Numbered from the stretch's first letter, positions 50,996 to 60,271 are shown. The stretch is 64,000 nt of DNA from an uncultured Nitrospiraceae bacterium (GCA_963811165.1 CAWEQH010000004.1:192001-256000), one strand, 5' to 3'. Numbers and translations: made by a program. Notes: a model not told the origin generated them from the letters alone.

Positions 50996-51685
50996 TTCTC
51001 TCCTCCTGTTTTTAGATGTGCAATCATCAGATTGCAATGTTATTAAATATAGCCAGGGCGAATTACTACCTTCACATCATTTACACAGGCCTGCGTCCCC
51101 GGCCGCAAATCTACCTATACCGATCCAGATCCCTTTCCAATGAATCGAGCCTGCGGGAAGTGTCTGCGCTCTCCTCGTACGTTGGGTATCTGCCTCCTTC
51201 CGTCATCCGCAAATAATCACGCCGAATGGAGTCCAGTCTGGATTGAAATTCCCGCTCATCTGTCAGAGGCAAACGCCTGCTGATTCTTCCATCATCAATT
51301 CTCCTTTGGAGTGCGACAATCCTGTCCCCATTAGCTGGTTCTTCAATTCTTGTGGTCCGGGACATCGCCCTGTTGATCTCATCTCCAAGCGCATCAAGTC
51401 TTCCAAGAAGGCTTTCCCACTCGTTCCGGTAGACCCTTTTTTCTCTCAGCGCCTCATAGTCTGTTCGAATACCCTTCAGTCTCGTCAGGAATATCTGGGA
51501 CTGATCGGGGGTAAGCGCGCCGCTTTTCAGCCCGTCCCCAATCTTCTCCTGGATTACAACCATCTTGTTCTCCGCATTTCTTTCATAATCCGGCCATGTC
51601 TGGGTAGTAGCGCAGCCCGAAAACAGGGCCAATCCCAAAACCATTAACACTGCCATAAAAATGACCTTCTTCATTTCTCTCCTCC
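50931..51685 (-). repeat. 76-bp direct repeat (RBS + lipoprotein signal peptide) at 50931-51006 and 51610-51685
   Basis: 70/76 identical by manual alignment; downstream mature regions unrelated. Confidence 0.85.
51111..51674 (-). CDS. Hypothetical helical lipoprotein with internal repeat
   Basis: Lipobox FSGC; repeated I.DG..S..L...F..RL..IR units. Confidence 0.7.
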   Translation of the reverse strand: MKKVIFMAVLMVLGLALFSGCATTQTWPDYERNAENKMVVIQEKIGDGLKSGALTPDQSQIFLTRLKGIRTDYEALREKRVYRNEWESLLGRLDALGDEINRAMSRTTRIEEPANGDRIVALQRRIDDGRISRRLPLTDEREFQSRLDSIRRDYLRMTEGGRYPTYEESADTSRRLDSLERDLDRYR

Positions 51686-51693
51686 CTTCTTTA

Positions 51694-51721
51694 GCAGGGG
51701 CGCATTGCAATACGCCCCTGC
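51694..51721. repeat. REP-like palindrome
   Basis: GCAGGGGCGCATTGCAATACGCCCCTGC, resembling GTAG-type REP hairpins; single copy in window. Confidence 0.45.
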
Positions 51722-51737
51722 GGGTCTGTCTGCGTTT

Positions 51738-52520
51738 CTATTCCACAATTACTTCAAAGTGAACTCTCCGGTTATTCTTCATACACGTACTGTTCTTATT
51801 AGAGGGAGTAGGCTCCTCAACACAGAGCGGCCTTGTCTTACCATAGCTGATTGTCGTCATCTTCTCGGCAGCGATACCCTGATTTGCAAGGTACTCCTTC
51901 ACTGAATTAGCCCTTCGTTCGCCGAGTGCCATATTGTAGTCTTCGGACCCATGCGCACAGGTATGTCCTTCGATCTGGACCTTTATGCCCGGGTTTTCTT
52001 TCATTGTCTTTATGTCGCTGTCGAGAATACCCGTTGCGACTTTCGTAAGGGTCGCCTTATTAAAATCGAAATGTATGTCCTCAAGGGTTATCTTCACGGC
52101 CTCGACAACCGGAGCAGGCGGAGGCGGTGTAGGCTCTGGTGCCGGTGGCGGGGTTACAGGCTCAGGCTTGGGTTCGGGCTTTACCTCAGCGACCGGTTTG
52201 GCCGGGCAAAGTGCCTTAATTTTCGCAATTGCATCATTGGCCATATCGATCGCTTCCAGCGTATGGCACGACCTGTAGACATCATAGGCCTCGTCTACCT
52301 TGGCCTTAAGCGCATTAAATTCTGTCGGACATTCCTTATCTTTGCCCGCCGCGCGAGCTTCATCCAGGGCCCGGTCTGCTTTGACTAATGCCGTGGGATA
52401 ATACAAATAGCCATCTCTGTATTCCGGTCTTTTCTCCATACCGGAACACCCAACAATTAAACTCATGGAAAAAATTGCAATTACGAACATAAACACTCTC
52501 TTTACAGTTATTGCCTGCAT
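51738..52520 (-). CDS. OmpA/Pal-family lipoprotein
   Basis: IVGC lipobox, Pro-rich linker, IHFDFNK...IEGHT...YNMALGERRA...ISYG...NRRV. Confidence 0.88.
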   Translation of the reverse strand: MQAITVKRVFMFVIAIFSMSLIVGCSGMEKRPEYRDGYLYYPTALVKADRALDEARAAGKDKECPTEFNALKAKVDEAYDVYRSCHTLEAIDMANDAIAKIKALCPAKPVAEVKPEPKPEPVTPPPAPEPTPPPPAPVVEAVKITLEDIHFDFNKATLTKVATGILDSDIKTMKENPGIKVQIEGHTCAHGSEDYNMALGERRANSVKEYLANQGIAAEKMTTISYGKTRPLCVEEPTPSNKNSTCMKNNRRVHFEVIVE

Positions 52521-52641
52521 CCTTAGACCTCCTTCACAAAGTTTGTTGTTTTCACAGCCTCAATATGCCCCTAAATAATGCTTCTTCATTCACACCCCCT
52601 AGCACCAGCTTTTCCTCCTCTGCCCCAGCGGGAAAATAATG

Positions 52642-52782
52642 TTATCCTCTCCGAAAGAGTCCTACCACCAGCACAATGACTGCTACGACTAGCAAAATAT
52701 GGATGAATCCGCCCATCGTGTAACTGCTTACCAGCCCCAACAGCCAAAGTATCACGAGTATCACAAAGATCGTCCAAATCAT
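52642..52782 (-). CDS. lmo0937-family small membrane protein (absent from ORF track)
   Basis: MIWTIFVILVILWLLGLVSSYTMGGFIHILLVVAVIVLVVGLFRRG*; AAGGAGG RBS. Confidence 0.85.
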   Translation of the reverse strand: MIWTIFVILVILWLLGLVSSYTMGGFIHILLVVAVIVLVVGLFRRG

Positions 52783-52865
52783 AACAACCTCCTTTTGTTA
52801 TATGACATCATGCCTCACGCGTTTGCATCGAACCCGGTAGCATATCCTTCCCGCTCTCATAGCGA

Positions 52866-53207
52866 TCACCGTACCCTGCTGTCCAGGACGTCTTCTATGG
52901 CCTCCATCCCTGCCGTGTGTGACACAGTGTTGAACTGCAGTTCGGGTCGCTCGCTCAGGAGATCCATGAGCGCGAGCAACTGCCGCTGATTGTCCGTACG
53001 GAGGTGGCCCTCAAGATCTTTCTGTGTCTTCCATTCCTCCACCAGGACAAAGGTGTTTGCGTCTTCTACGTCTTCATAGAGACGATAACTCATGCAGCCC
53101 CTTTCGACCCGCACGGGTTCGATTATCCCCCGCATCGTTTCCAAAAGATCATTCCGCCTTTCAGGCCGGACAATCATTCTTAATGTTACAAGTATCTTCG
53201 TGTCCAT
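52866..53207 (-). CDS. ABM-domain (putative quinol monooxygenase-like) protein
   Basis: ERGCMSYRLYED...FVLVEEWKTQKDLEGH. Confidence 0.8.
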   Translation of the reverse strand: MDTKILVTLRMIVRPERRNDLLETMRGIIEPVRVERGCMSYRLYEDVEDANTFVLVEEWKTQKDLEGHLRTDNQRQLLALMDLLSERPELQFNTVSHTAGMEAIEDVLDSRVR

Positions 53208-53251
53208 CTGGCCTACTTTATACAGAGACCAGATCCAGATCTATTACCGGC

Positions 53252-53434
53252 TTAATGACGTTCTTCGTGCTCATTGTGTCCTCCGCGCTCTTGCTCGCCA
53301 TGCCCTCCGCGTTCCTGCTCACCTTGCCTCCCACGGTCATGCTCATCGTACCCGCCGCGACGGTCCCAAAAACAGCCTGACAGGGTCGACATACACATAA
53401 GAAGCACAAGAGATGCTGCGATCTTCCTTATCAT
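53252..53434 (-). CDS. Small charged lipoprotein
   Basis: Lipobox LSGC, E/R/G/H-rich tail, AAAGGAG RBS; first gene after promoter copy A. Confidence 0.65.
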   Translation of the reverse strand: MIRKIAASLVLLMCMSTLSGCFWDRRGGYDEHDRGRQGEQERGGHGEQERGGHNEHEERH

Positions 53435-53486
53435 TTTTCTCTCCTTTCGATAAGAACATGCGTTGGTGTTTGCTATCGTATTGAAT

Positions 53487-53502
53487 AGCAGAATGTGTGC
53501 CG
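53487..53502 (-). promoter_or_regulatory. Sigma54 -24/-12 promoter (copy A)
   Basis: CGGCACACATTCTGCT, GG-N10-GC. Confidence 0.75.
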
Positions 53503-53601
53503 AGCCGTTGTTGACAGGGCAGGAGTCTCTATGATGTTGAAAATATTGAACTTTCAGCGAAAGCTACGACATGGGAATGATACTGCGAGGAGTCCCGACT
53601 T

Positions 53602-53632
53602 CTGATATATCAGGAGACTCCTGATATATCAG
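53602..53632. promoter_or_regulatory. Double palindromic putative upstream activator sequence (copy A)
   Basis: CTGATATATCAG-GAGACTC-CTGATATATCAG. Confidence 0.75.
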
Positions 53633-53735
53633 GTATTCTTCTTGCTATTTCGATGCCCAGTCTTTGCATCCTCGATTCAAGCGTTATGGGATTGATGTCT
53701 AAAAACATCTGCAGCACCGTTCTTTCCGCCTATTC

Positions 53736-55007
53736 CTACTTTTCCGTTAGTTGCATATAAACTAAAATCACGGCAGCAAAGGTCATAAGAACTAATGTCG
53801 CAAATCCAAGAATATTAGAAGTTTTTCCGTTTGTATTTTTGCCCATTATTTTTTTGTTGTTGGAAATGTGAAGAATGATTGCAATTAAGACAGGTGCAGT
53901 CAATCCATAAAGAATGGCTGAATAAATCAGCGCCTTAATTGGTGAAATACCAATGTAATTCAACGATAGCCCCAAGATTAGTGAAATGACGATGATGATA
54001 TAAAATGCTTTTGCGTTGTGAAATTTTTTATCCAGTCCTTCTTTCCAGCCAAATGTTTCGGTGATAATATAAGAAAGTGAACCACTCAGAACGGGAATGG
54101 CCAAAAGTCCGGTTCCGATGACACCGACGGCAAAAAGTATATATGCTGAATTTCCCGCTAATGGTTTCAATGCCTTGGCCGCTTGTTCAACGGTGTCAAT
54201 CTGATGAATACCCCCTTTAAATAATACCGACCCTGTCGTAAGAATGATAAAGAACATGACAAGATTTGAAAATAACATTCCGAAATCGACATCTTCTTGC
54301 ATGTCTTGCATTATTCTTTTGTTTACTATTAAATGTCTTTTCTTCTTTTTCATATCTTCTACTTCCATCGTTGCCTGCCAAAAGAAAAGATAGGGTGAGA
54401 TGGTAGTCCCAAGGATGGCAACAAGAATGCTGATAAAGTCCTTGTCAAACTTTATTGTCGGGATAAACGCGGCTTTCAAAACTGCTACCCAATCTTGTTT
54501 ATATAAAAAAGGAACAATCAGATAGACTAAAAGAACGATGCAGAGATATTTCAGAACAGCAGCAATTTTTTGATAAGGCAGATAAATAATTAACACTAAA
54601 AGGATGATGGTGAAAACAATGCTGAAATACGTTGCCTGAATGGAAGGGAACAATAGATTGCCTACTGCTCCCATTCCTGCAATGTCGGCGCCGATGTTCA
54701 TTACAATGGCAGGAAAACTAAACAACAGCATTAAATACAAAACAGGTTTTGAATAATAAGTTTTAAGCGTTCCTGCCAAACCGTGAGAAGTAACCAGGCC
54801 AATTCTCGCACACATTTCCTGAATGGAAGCCATGAGTGGAAATGTAATAAGTGCAGTCCAGAGAGTTGAAAGTCCGTATGCAGCACCTGCCTGTGAGTAG
54901 GTTGCAATGCCCGAAGGGTCATCATCGCTTGCGCCTGTAACAAGCCCGGGTCCAAGTATTTTCCAAAAACGAAATAGTCTATTGGAAGTATTTTTCTTAT
55001 TGTTCAT
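53736..55007 (-). CDS. NRAMP-family divalent metal transporter (AT-rich)
   Basis: LGPGLVTGASDDDPSGIATYSQAGA, GTTISPYLFFWQ, ~11 TM helices. Confidence 0.88.
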   Translation of the reverse strand: MNNKKNTSNRLFRFWKILGPGLVTGASDDDPSGIATYSQAGAAYGLSTLWTALITFPLMASIQEMCARIGLVTSHGLAGTLKTYYSKPVLYLMLLFSFPAIVMNIGADIAGMGAVGNLLFPSIQATYFSIVFTIILLVLIIYLPYQKIAAVLKYLCIVLLVYLIVPFLYKQDWVAVLKAAFIPTIKFDKDFISILVAILGTTISPYLFFWQATMEVEDMKKKKRHLIVNKRIMQDMQEDVDFGMLFSNLVMFFIILTTGSVLFKGGIHQIDTVEQAAKALKPLAGNSAYILFAVGVIGTGLLAIPVLSGSLSYIITETFGWKEGLDKKFHNAKAFYIIIVISLILGLSLNYIGISPIKALIYSAILYGLTAPVLIAIILHISNNKKIMGKNTNGKTSNILGFATLVLMTFAAVILVYMQLTEK

Positions 55008-56278
55008 TATTCCCTCGAAGAGTCAGACATGTCCGCAGCCTCGGACGGACTGCTCTCCTCCTTCCGCCGATCGTCCGACATCTCGACGGCGATCGCAGCG
55101 GCCTGTTCCACAGGCACGCCCTCTGTACGGCGCTCGTACTCATTCTCAGCGCGCTCGTCACCGACGCGCTGCTCCACATCTGCAACCTGCTCCTGCTGAC
55201 CAGGAAGTTCGACGCGAAGCTCCTCTATGAGCATCATGATCGCTGCTGCGACAGGAAGCGCCAGAAGTGCGCCGAGGATCCCCATCAGCGTCCCTCCCGC
55301 AAGGAGCGCGATGAGAACGACGGACGACGGAAGGCGAAGAGACCGTCCATAAATGCGGGGAACGAGAACGCGGCTCTCGAACTCCTCGTACGCGAGCATG
55401 GTCAGCAGGACGACGGCCACGACGACCGGGCCACGCGGCAGCGCCGCAAGGACCATGGGTCCTATCGAGAGGAAGGCACCGATGTACGGCAGGACATCTG
55501 CAATGCCAGCAAACACCGCAAGCGCCATCGCGTATGGCACACCGCACGCCACCAGGAGGACGAACGAAAAGGCCGCAATGAGAAAGCACGTGATCAGCTG
55601 ACCGCGCATGTAAGCGCCGACGATCGTCTCCAGATTCATCATGACGCGGGCGAGGCGGATATGGTGCGAGCGGGGGACGACCGAGAAAAGCGCGCCACGA
55701 AGCCGGTCGCGGTCGATCATGATGTAGAGGGCGAGAAAGATGGCGCTCGCCCCGTATGCGGTGATCTCGAAGATGCGCATCGAGAAGTTGAAGGCCGTTG
55801 AGCTGATTGCTCTCAAAAGAGCGTCGTACTTGACGTTCCGCAGCCATTCCGCGAGCGGCGCTGTCAGGTTGGAGAGGGCGAGATAATCCGCAAGGCGTGC
55901 GCGAAACTCGGGTTCCTGCTCGACCAGCGCAGAGGCCTGCGTCACCAGCGACGGGATTGTCAGCGTCAAGGCCAGAGTCGCGGCGACGAAGAGGAGTGTG
56001 AAGACGACGGCGATCGCAAGGCTGCGTCTGACACGCCGCGCCTCCATCCAGCTGACGGCCGGACTCATCGTCCCGACGATGAGAAGAGCGATGACGAGCA
56101 CCAGAAAGACCGGCCAAAGCCGGACCAGCAGCCACAGACAGGCCACGACGAGGATGAGCTGGATCATCGTCGCAAACGATATCTCGAAACGCACCACACG
56201 CGTTTTCTTGCCCGCCGAAGGCTGGCGCTCAGAGAGCGGCGGAACACCGGCCGCACCGGGCTTGATTTCTTTTTTCAC
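55007..56278 (-). CDS. AI-2E-family transporter (GC-rich)
   Basis: GAYMRGQL, LPYIGA, E...LVPRIYG..LRL, GILGALLALP. Confidence 0.88.
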   Translation of the reverse strand: MKKEIKPGAAGVPPLSERQPSAGKKTRVVRFEISFATMIQLILVVACLWLLVRLWPVFLVLVIALLIVGTMSPAVSWMEARRVRRSLAIAVVFTLLFVAATLALTLTIPSLVTQASALVEQEPEFRARLADYLALSNLTAPLAEWLRNVKYDALLRAISSTAFNFSMRIFEITAYGASAIFLALYIMIDRDRLRGALFSVVPRSHHIRLARVMMNLETIVGAYMRGQLITCFLIAAFSFVLLVACGVPYAMALAVFAGIADVLPYIGAFLSIGPMVLAALPRGPVVVAVVLLTMLAYEEFESRVLVPRIYGRSLRLPSSVVLIALLAGGTLMGILGALLALPVAAAIMMLIEELRVELPGQQEQVADVEQRVGDERAENEYERRTEGVPVEQAAAIAVEMSDDRRKEESSPSEAADMSDSSRE

Positions 56279-56318
56279 GTTCTCTTCCTCCGCGTCACGG
56301 TTGCCCAGCGAGCCCGGA

Positions 56319-56370
56319 TCACTCGTCCCTCAGGGCCTAGATCGGATTCAGCGCTGCTGGCTTCCGGGCC
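56319..56370 (-). pseudogene. 3' remnant of a MacB/FtsX-type ABC permease
   Basis: Translates ARKPAALNPI*ALRDE*, the typical PA.KAA.L.P+EALR.E C-terminus with an internal stop. Confidence 0.55.
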
Positions 56371-56775
56371 TCAGGCTCCAGTAACCCAGCGATGTGCTGC
56401 AACCTCTGCGGCATCAGCGTCGGCTTTTGTCTTATGGACCGTTCCGTCAGGATGATTCGGAGGAGTGTAAATCGTGTATAGTTTGAGAGGTTTGTCTGAA
56501 GATGCATTGATTACATTATGGTATGTGCCGGCAGGCACCACAACCGCATCACCATCACCTATAACATGTTCCTCCTTGCCGTCAAAGACAAACTTAGCCT
56601 TGCCTTCTTCTACCCGGAAGAACTGATCAACGTTCTGGTGTACTTCGTTTCCGATTTCTTCCTTGGGCTGCAAACACATCACCACAAGCTGGCTATGCTT
56701 GCCCGTAAATAACACCTGCCGAAAATAACCGTTCTGGAGGGTTGTTTGCTCAATTGGTCCAACATAGGGTTTCAT
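56371..56775 (-). CDS. Cupin-domain protein
   Basis: QLVVM.L...EIG.EVH..VDQFFRVEEG...VPAGT.HNVIN...LYTIY.PP.H. Confidence 0.88.
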   Translation of the reverse strand: MKPYVGPIEQTTLQNGYFRQVLFTGKHSQLVVMCLQPKEEIGNEVHQNVDQFFRVEEGKAKFVFDGKEEHVIGDGDAVVVPAGTYHNVINASSDKPLKLYTIYTPPNHPDGTVHKTKADADAAEVAAHRWVTGA

Positions 56776-56858
56776 TGTCCATGCCTCCTTTTTTTAAAAA
56801 AAGAATGGTTTCCATTCTCATGGCTTTTCTTTTCGAAGATTTATTCCATACTATTTAC

Positions 56859-56874
56859 AGCATGAGTTGTGCCA
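56859..56874 (-). promoter_or_regulatory. Sigma54 -24/-12 promoter (copy B)
   Basis: TGGCACAACTCATGCT, GG-N10-GC. Confidence 0.8.
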
Positions 56875-56973
56875 ATACCGGTAATGAAATAAAGGGTTCT
56901 CTAAGACCGTGAAAACATTGAACCTTCAGAGAAGACTACGATGGGGAAACGATACGGTGAAAGGTGCTGCCTT

Positions 56974-57004
56974 CTGATATATCAGGAGACTCCTGATATA
57001 TCAG
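56974..57004. promoter_or_regulatory. Double palindromic putative upstream activator sequence (copy B)
   Basis: CTGATATATCAG-GAGACTC-CTGATATATCAG. Confidence 0.75.
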
Positions 57005-57163
57005 GCATTCTTACTTATTCGGATGCCCAGTCTTTGCATCCTCTATTCAAGCGTTATCGCGGCGCCCTTTTGTTTTCTCGTATACCACGGTCAATCAGCC
57101 GTAACCGGGGGAGAGTCAAAATAGACTCTTGATAAAATGAGTAATTTATTGTCCCCTGTAATA

Positions 57164-57319
57164 TTACCTGCCAATTAGGATAAAGGCGCCGGCAGCAATA
57201 GCGAGAATATCCAGCAAAGTACGTATCGTGAGAATTCCGCCTCCCAGCAGACCCGTCAGGCCGATCAAGATGAGCCAGATTCCCAGCAAAAGCATTCCAA
57301 TATTCTTTGTCACTGTCAT
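57164..57319 (-). CDS. Small two-TM membrane protein, 51 aa (absent from ORF track)
   Basis: AGGAGGTG RBS; MTVTKNIGMLLLGIWLILIGLTGLLGGGILTIRTLLDILAIAAGAFILIGR*. Confidence 0.75.
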   Translation of the reverse strand: MTVTKNIGMLLLGIWLILIGLTGLLGGGILTIRTLLDILAIAAGAFILIGR

Positions 57320-57660
57320 GTTATTCACCTCCTAAAATAAATATATTTCGACCATGTCATCTTATGTGACTGGCTTACCTAACCTTTAATTAATTTATAC
57401 ACCAAAGAGCACGATTCGCCAACAGTTCGAGAAAAATTGTGACAAATGGTTTTTTCTTGCTACACTGAAAATATATTTGCTAACCCTCTTTTACAGGGAT
57501 AGGCAAAGCGCCTTTGCCTGTCCCTGGTAGAAGAGTTTCCCGAGTGAAAGAGGCGCGTAACTGCATGATAAGAGTCGGGCCCGACATGGCGCTGAGCATG
57601 GCACCGCCAGAAATTCCCGCATGGCTTGCTCCAGGCGGCGAGCGAGCCCATCTATCCTGA

Positions 57661-59418
57661 TCAGTGACGGTCAGCACCGCGCCACTCAACAGCTCCGAAC
57701 CCAGGCTTGCCAAGCAAAGTGTAAACGAGGCTGACGGTCCCCGTCGTCTGGTGACTGGCAGCCCGGTCGGGATATCGCGCATCTCGTGAGGACGCGATGT
57801 ATTGGATCCCGAGGGCGTGACGTCCGTAAATGCGAACGGCAAACCCCGTGTTCAAGCGCTCGATGGTCTCCCTTCCCCCCGGGTCCGCGCCACCCACGCC
57901 AGTCACATAATATGCGCGTCCCGTTAAGTCGAACATGGCCCTGTCGCCAAGGATGAGGCGGAGCCCAAGGAGCCCCTGCGGGGCGACGCCGTAGTGGTAG
58001 TCGCGTTCACCCACTTGGGTGACATTACCTGCCGCACCGTACCCGACACCCCCGAGGACCGAGCCCTGGAGCGCTACCGCTCGCGCGAGCCACCATTGAA
58101 AGGTCGTACCGAGAGAGACGGAGGTGCTTGACACGCGGAAGATGTGCGGCGATATATAGTCATAGCCGCCATAGAGGCCCCATATCCCGCGATAGGAATT
58201 GCCGGCCTCGTAGTCCTTTCCGAGGAGGAGGCCCCGGATCATGACGTCATCAAAAGGGTTACGTGCGTTGCCGAGGCTGATGAACTCAAAATGGAAGTAG
58301 TCGAAAGGACGCGTGTAGTTATAGCCGGGCTTCCCGGGAAGCCCGTAGGCCATGGAGAAGTCCGCTGTCGCCTCGGTCTTTTCACCGGTGCCGGAGCCGC
58401 CCAGGTTATTCAGATGCGAATTCAGGCTTGCGCCGAGCTGCAGGCGCCAGAAGGTGGCCGGATTGTGGCTGGGAAAGACGGGCTTGAACCGGTCTCCAAA
58501 GACAAGGCGATTGAAACCCGTTGGTGGTGAGAGCACCGCCGCGCCCAGCTCGCGCCAGAGCCCGGGTTTGTCGCCATCGCCCTCGAGCACCAGGCTGGCC
58601 ATCCGGAAGAGCACCTCCCCGAAGAAGCTCCCGCCAATGCCGCTGGCGATCTGGTCATTGATGGATGGGTGCGTGGTCTCTCCTCCCGTTTCCCATAGAA
58701 AGCTGCCTGCGTTGCTGTAGAGGAGCGACTCCCAGTAGTTAAGACCCGCCGATCGCGCGAATCCATGATAAATGGATCCCTGATATGGATGCGCGAACTG
58801 GTTCATGGCGAAGGAGTCCTGATCAACTCCCCAAGAGCCGTGAAGGATGTGGTCCCGGAAGGTTGACAGGTTCGTGTCGTAGACTTTTTTCCCTCCCTCT
58901 ACAGAGTTAGAGTAGGCGAGCCGGTCGTACCCGTTGAGGAGAAGGATGAAGCCCGGGATTTCGAGGGCTGGGATGAGGTAGCTCCTGCGTGTCCCCCTCT
59001 CCCAAGACAGGGCCGATGTCGGCGCCTCAGGCTTTTCCTTCACCCACGCTTCCCCGCCCATAGAGATATTTACGGTCCGGTTCGGGTTCATATCGGAAAG
59101 CTCGATCGCATCCGGTGCCGACATATCCCTATATCCAGGGTTTGACGCTTCAAGGGTATAATTCCCAGGGGCTGGAATACCCACTGAATAGTTACCCAAC
59201 GCATCAGTAGTCCCTGTTCCTGCCAACTTACCGGTGCTTACATCTTTTACCGTGAAGATTACCCCTTGAATGTCCTGATTGTTTAACCTTACCGAACCTG
59301 AGATACCGCCTCCTTGGGCAAAGGCCGGGCTACTAACAGTGATTACTATACCCACGTGAAACGCCACAAGAATCGCCTTAAATATTTTTCTCGCACGGTA
59401 TAAGATTTCCTCAAACAT
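57661..59418 (-). CDS. Exported protein: carboxypeptidase-regulatory-like domain + DUF3943 + probable beta-barrel
   Basis: AFA signal site; ISGSV...TTDALGNY.....PGNYTLEAS.PGY; D.DSFAMNQFAHPYQG...LWE...E...PSIND. Confidence 0.72.
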   Translation of the reverse strand: MFEEILYRARKIFKAILVAFHVGIVITVSSPAFAQGGGISGSVRLNNQDIQGVIFTVKDVSTGKLAGTGTTDALGNYSVGIPAPGNYTLEASNPGYRDMSAPDAIELSDMNPNRTVNISMGGEAWVKEKPEAPTSALSWERGTRRSYLIPALEIPGFILLLNGYDRLAYSNSVEGGKKVYDTNLSTFRDHILHGSWGVDQDSFAMNQFAHPYQGSIYHGFARSAGLNYWESLLYSNAGSFLWETGGETTHPSINDQIASGIGGSFFGEVLFRMASLVLEGDGDKPGLWRELGAAVLSPPTGFNRLVFGDRFKPVFPSHNPATFWRLQLGASLNSHLNNLGGSGTGEKTEATADFSMAYGLPGKPGYNYTRPFDYFHFEFISLGNARNPFDDVMIRGLLLGKDYEAGNSYRGIWGLYGGYDYISPHIFRVSSTSVSLGTTFQWWLARAVALQGSVLGGVGYGAAGNVTQVGERDYHYGVAPQGLLGLRLILGDRAMFDLTGRAYYVTGVGGADPGGRETIERLNTGFAVRIYGRHALGIQYIASSRDARYPDRAASHQTTGTVSLVYTLLGKPGFGAVEWRGADRH

Positions 59419-59520
59419 ATTCCTACGCTTTCTCCTTCCGCCATTACCGTCAATCCCATATATGCGACATGGTAATTATTGCGTTATGGTATTGTTATTT
59501 CCTTACAGTCCCTAACCATA

Positions 59521-59558
59521 ATTCAGGAGGGGGCGACAAGTATTCACCCCCTCCGAAT
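59521..59558 (-). terminator. Terminator-like hairpin after CHRD gene
   Basis: GGAGGGGG...CCCCCTCC stem flanked by ATTC/GAAT; weak U-tract. Confidence 0.45.
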
Positions 59559-59582
59559 ATCATCAAGGACCGGTAATCGGTC

Positions 59583-60044
59583 TTATTTGATCTGCCCGCG
59601 TATCTCTCCGTTGGGATACTTATCCGTGTGAACATTAAGGTAGGCATTCCCCTTCTTTATTTGCTTAAAGAGATCTTCTACGGATTTGCCCATCATTGGC
59701 CCCATCAGTTCCTTTTTGGTAATAGTGCCCTCGGCGAGTGTGCCGCTGAATTTACCGGCTTTTTTATCGTTGGTAATAACAGCCACAGGCGGACCGTTTT
59801 CGCCCTTTTTCCCCAGATGGATATGTGCAGCGGTCACATTTTCGATATCGGAAACCGTTACATAGTAACTCAGTGCTTTTTCGTCTTTGATGAGTGTAAA
59901 AGAGGCATCGCCCTTCGCCATTGTCTCTACCGCGGGAACACTTTCGCTCCCTGATAGAATTGCCTTGAAGCTCTTGTCCTTTGCAAAGCTGGATGTTGCG
60001 AGGCCAACGACTAACAAGAATATGATCAAATACAGTTTTTTCAT
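59583..60044 (-). CDS. CHRD-domain exported protein
   Basis: Signal peptide; LSGSESVPAV, TAAHIHLG..GENGPPV, YLNVHT..YPNGEIRGQ. Confidence 0.88.
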   Translation of the reverse strand: MKKLYLIIFLLVVGLATSSFAKDKSFKAILSGSESVPAVETMAKGDASFTLIKDEKALSYYVTVSDIENVTAAHIHLGKKGENGPPVAVITNDKKAGKFSGTLAEGTITKKELMGPMMGKSVEDLFKQIKKGNAYLNVHTDKYPNGEIRGQIK

Positions 60045-60100
60045 AATTATCCTCCGTTTTATTTTCAAGGTGTGTTTAGATGCATACGTCCGCAAGCGGT

Positions 60101-60271
60101 CTACTGAACTTCGCCTGCGGGCATGGACTCTAATCTGCTTATCAGACCCGTGAGTGTCTTTTTCTCAATTTTGACGCCTTTTTCTTCGCCCATCTTCTCT
60201 ACTTCTTTCTGATAATGCTGCAGGGCGGTCATTATCGCAACAGCCTCGGAATTATTCAATTTCAGATTCAT
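60101..60271 (-). CDS. Hypothetical 56-aa helical protein (absent from ORF track)
   Basis: AAAGGAG RBS; MNLKLNNSEAVAIMTALQHYQKEVEKMGEEKGVKIEKKTLTGLISRLESMPAGEVQ*; first gene after promoter copy C. Confidence 0.6.
   Translation of the reverse strand: MNLKLNNSEAVAIMTALQHYQKEVEKMGEEKGVKIEKKTLTGLISRLESMPAGEVQ

Larger units (their letters stand above)
53486..53735 (-). repeat. Regulatory module copy A (activator 3' remnant + double palindrome + sigma54 promoter)
   Basis: Colinear with 56858-57057 and 60324-60565; remnant reads GKNGAADV..DINPITLESRMQRLGIE..KKNT* with indels. Confidence 0.9.
56858..57057 (-). repeat. Regulatory module copy B
   Basis: Same order as copies A and C; remnant ITLE*RMQRLGIRISKNA*. 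Confidence 0.9.

Noticed and set aside
19557..57370. Similar GTCA-N7-TGAC motifs at ~19557 and ~57356
   Set aside because: Only two short occurrences; chance cannot be excluded
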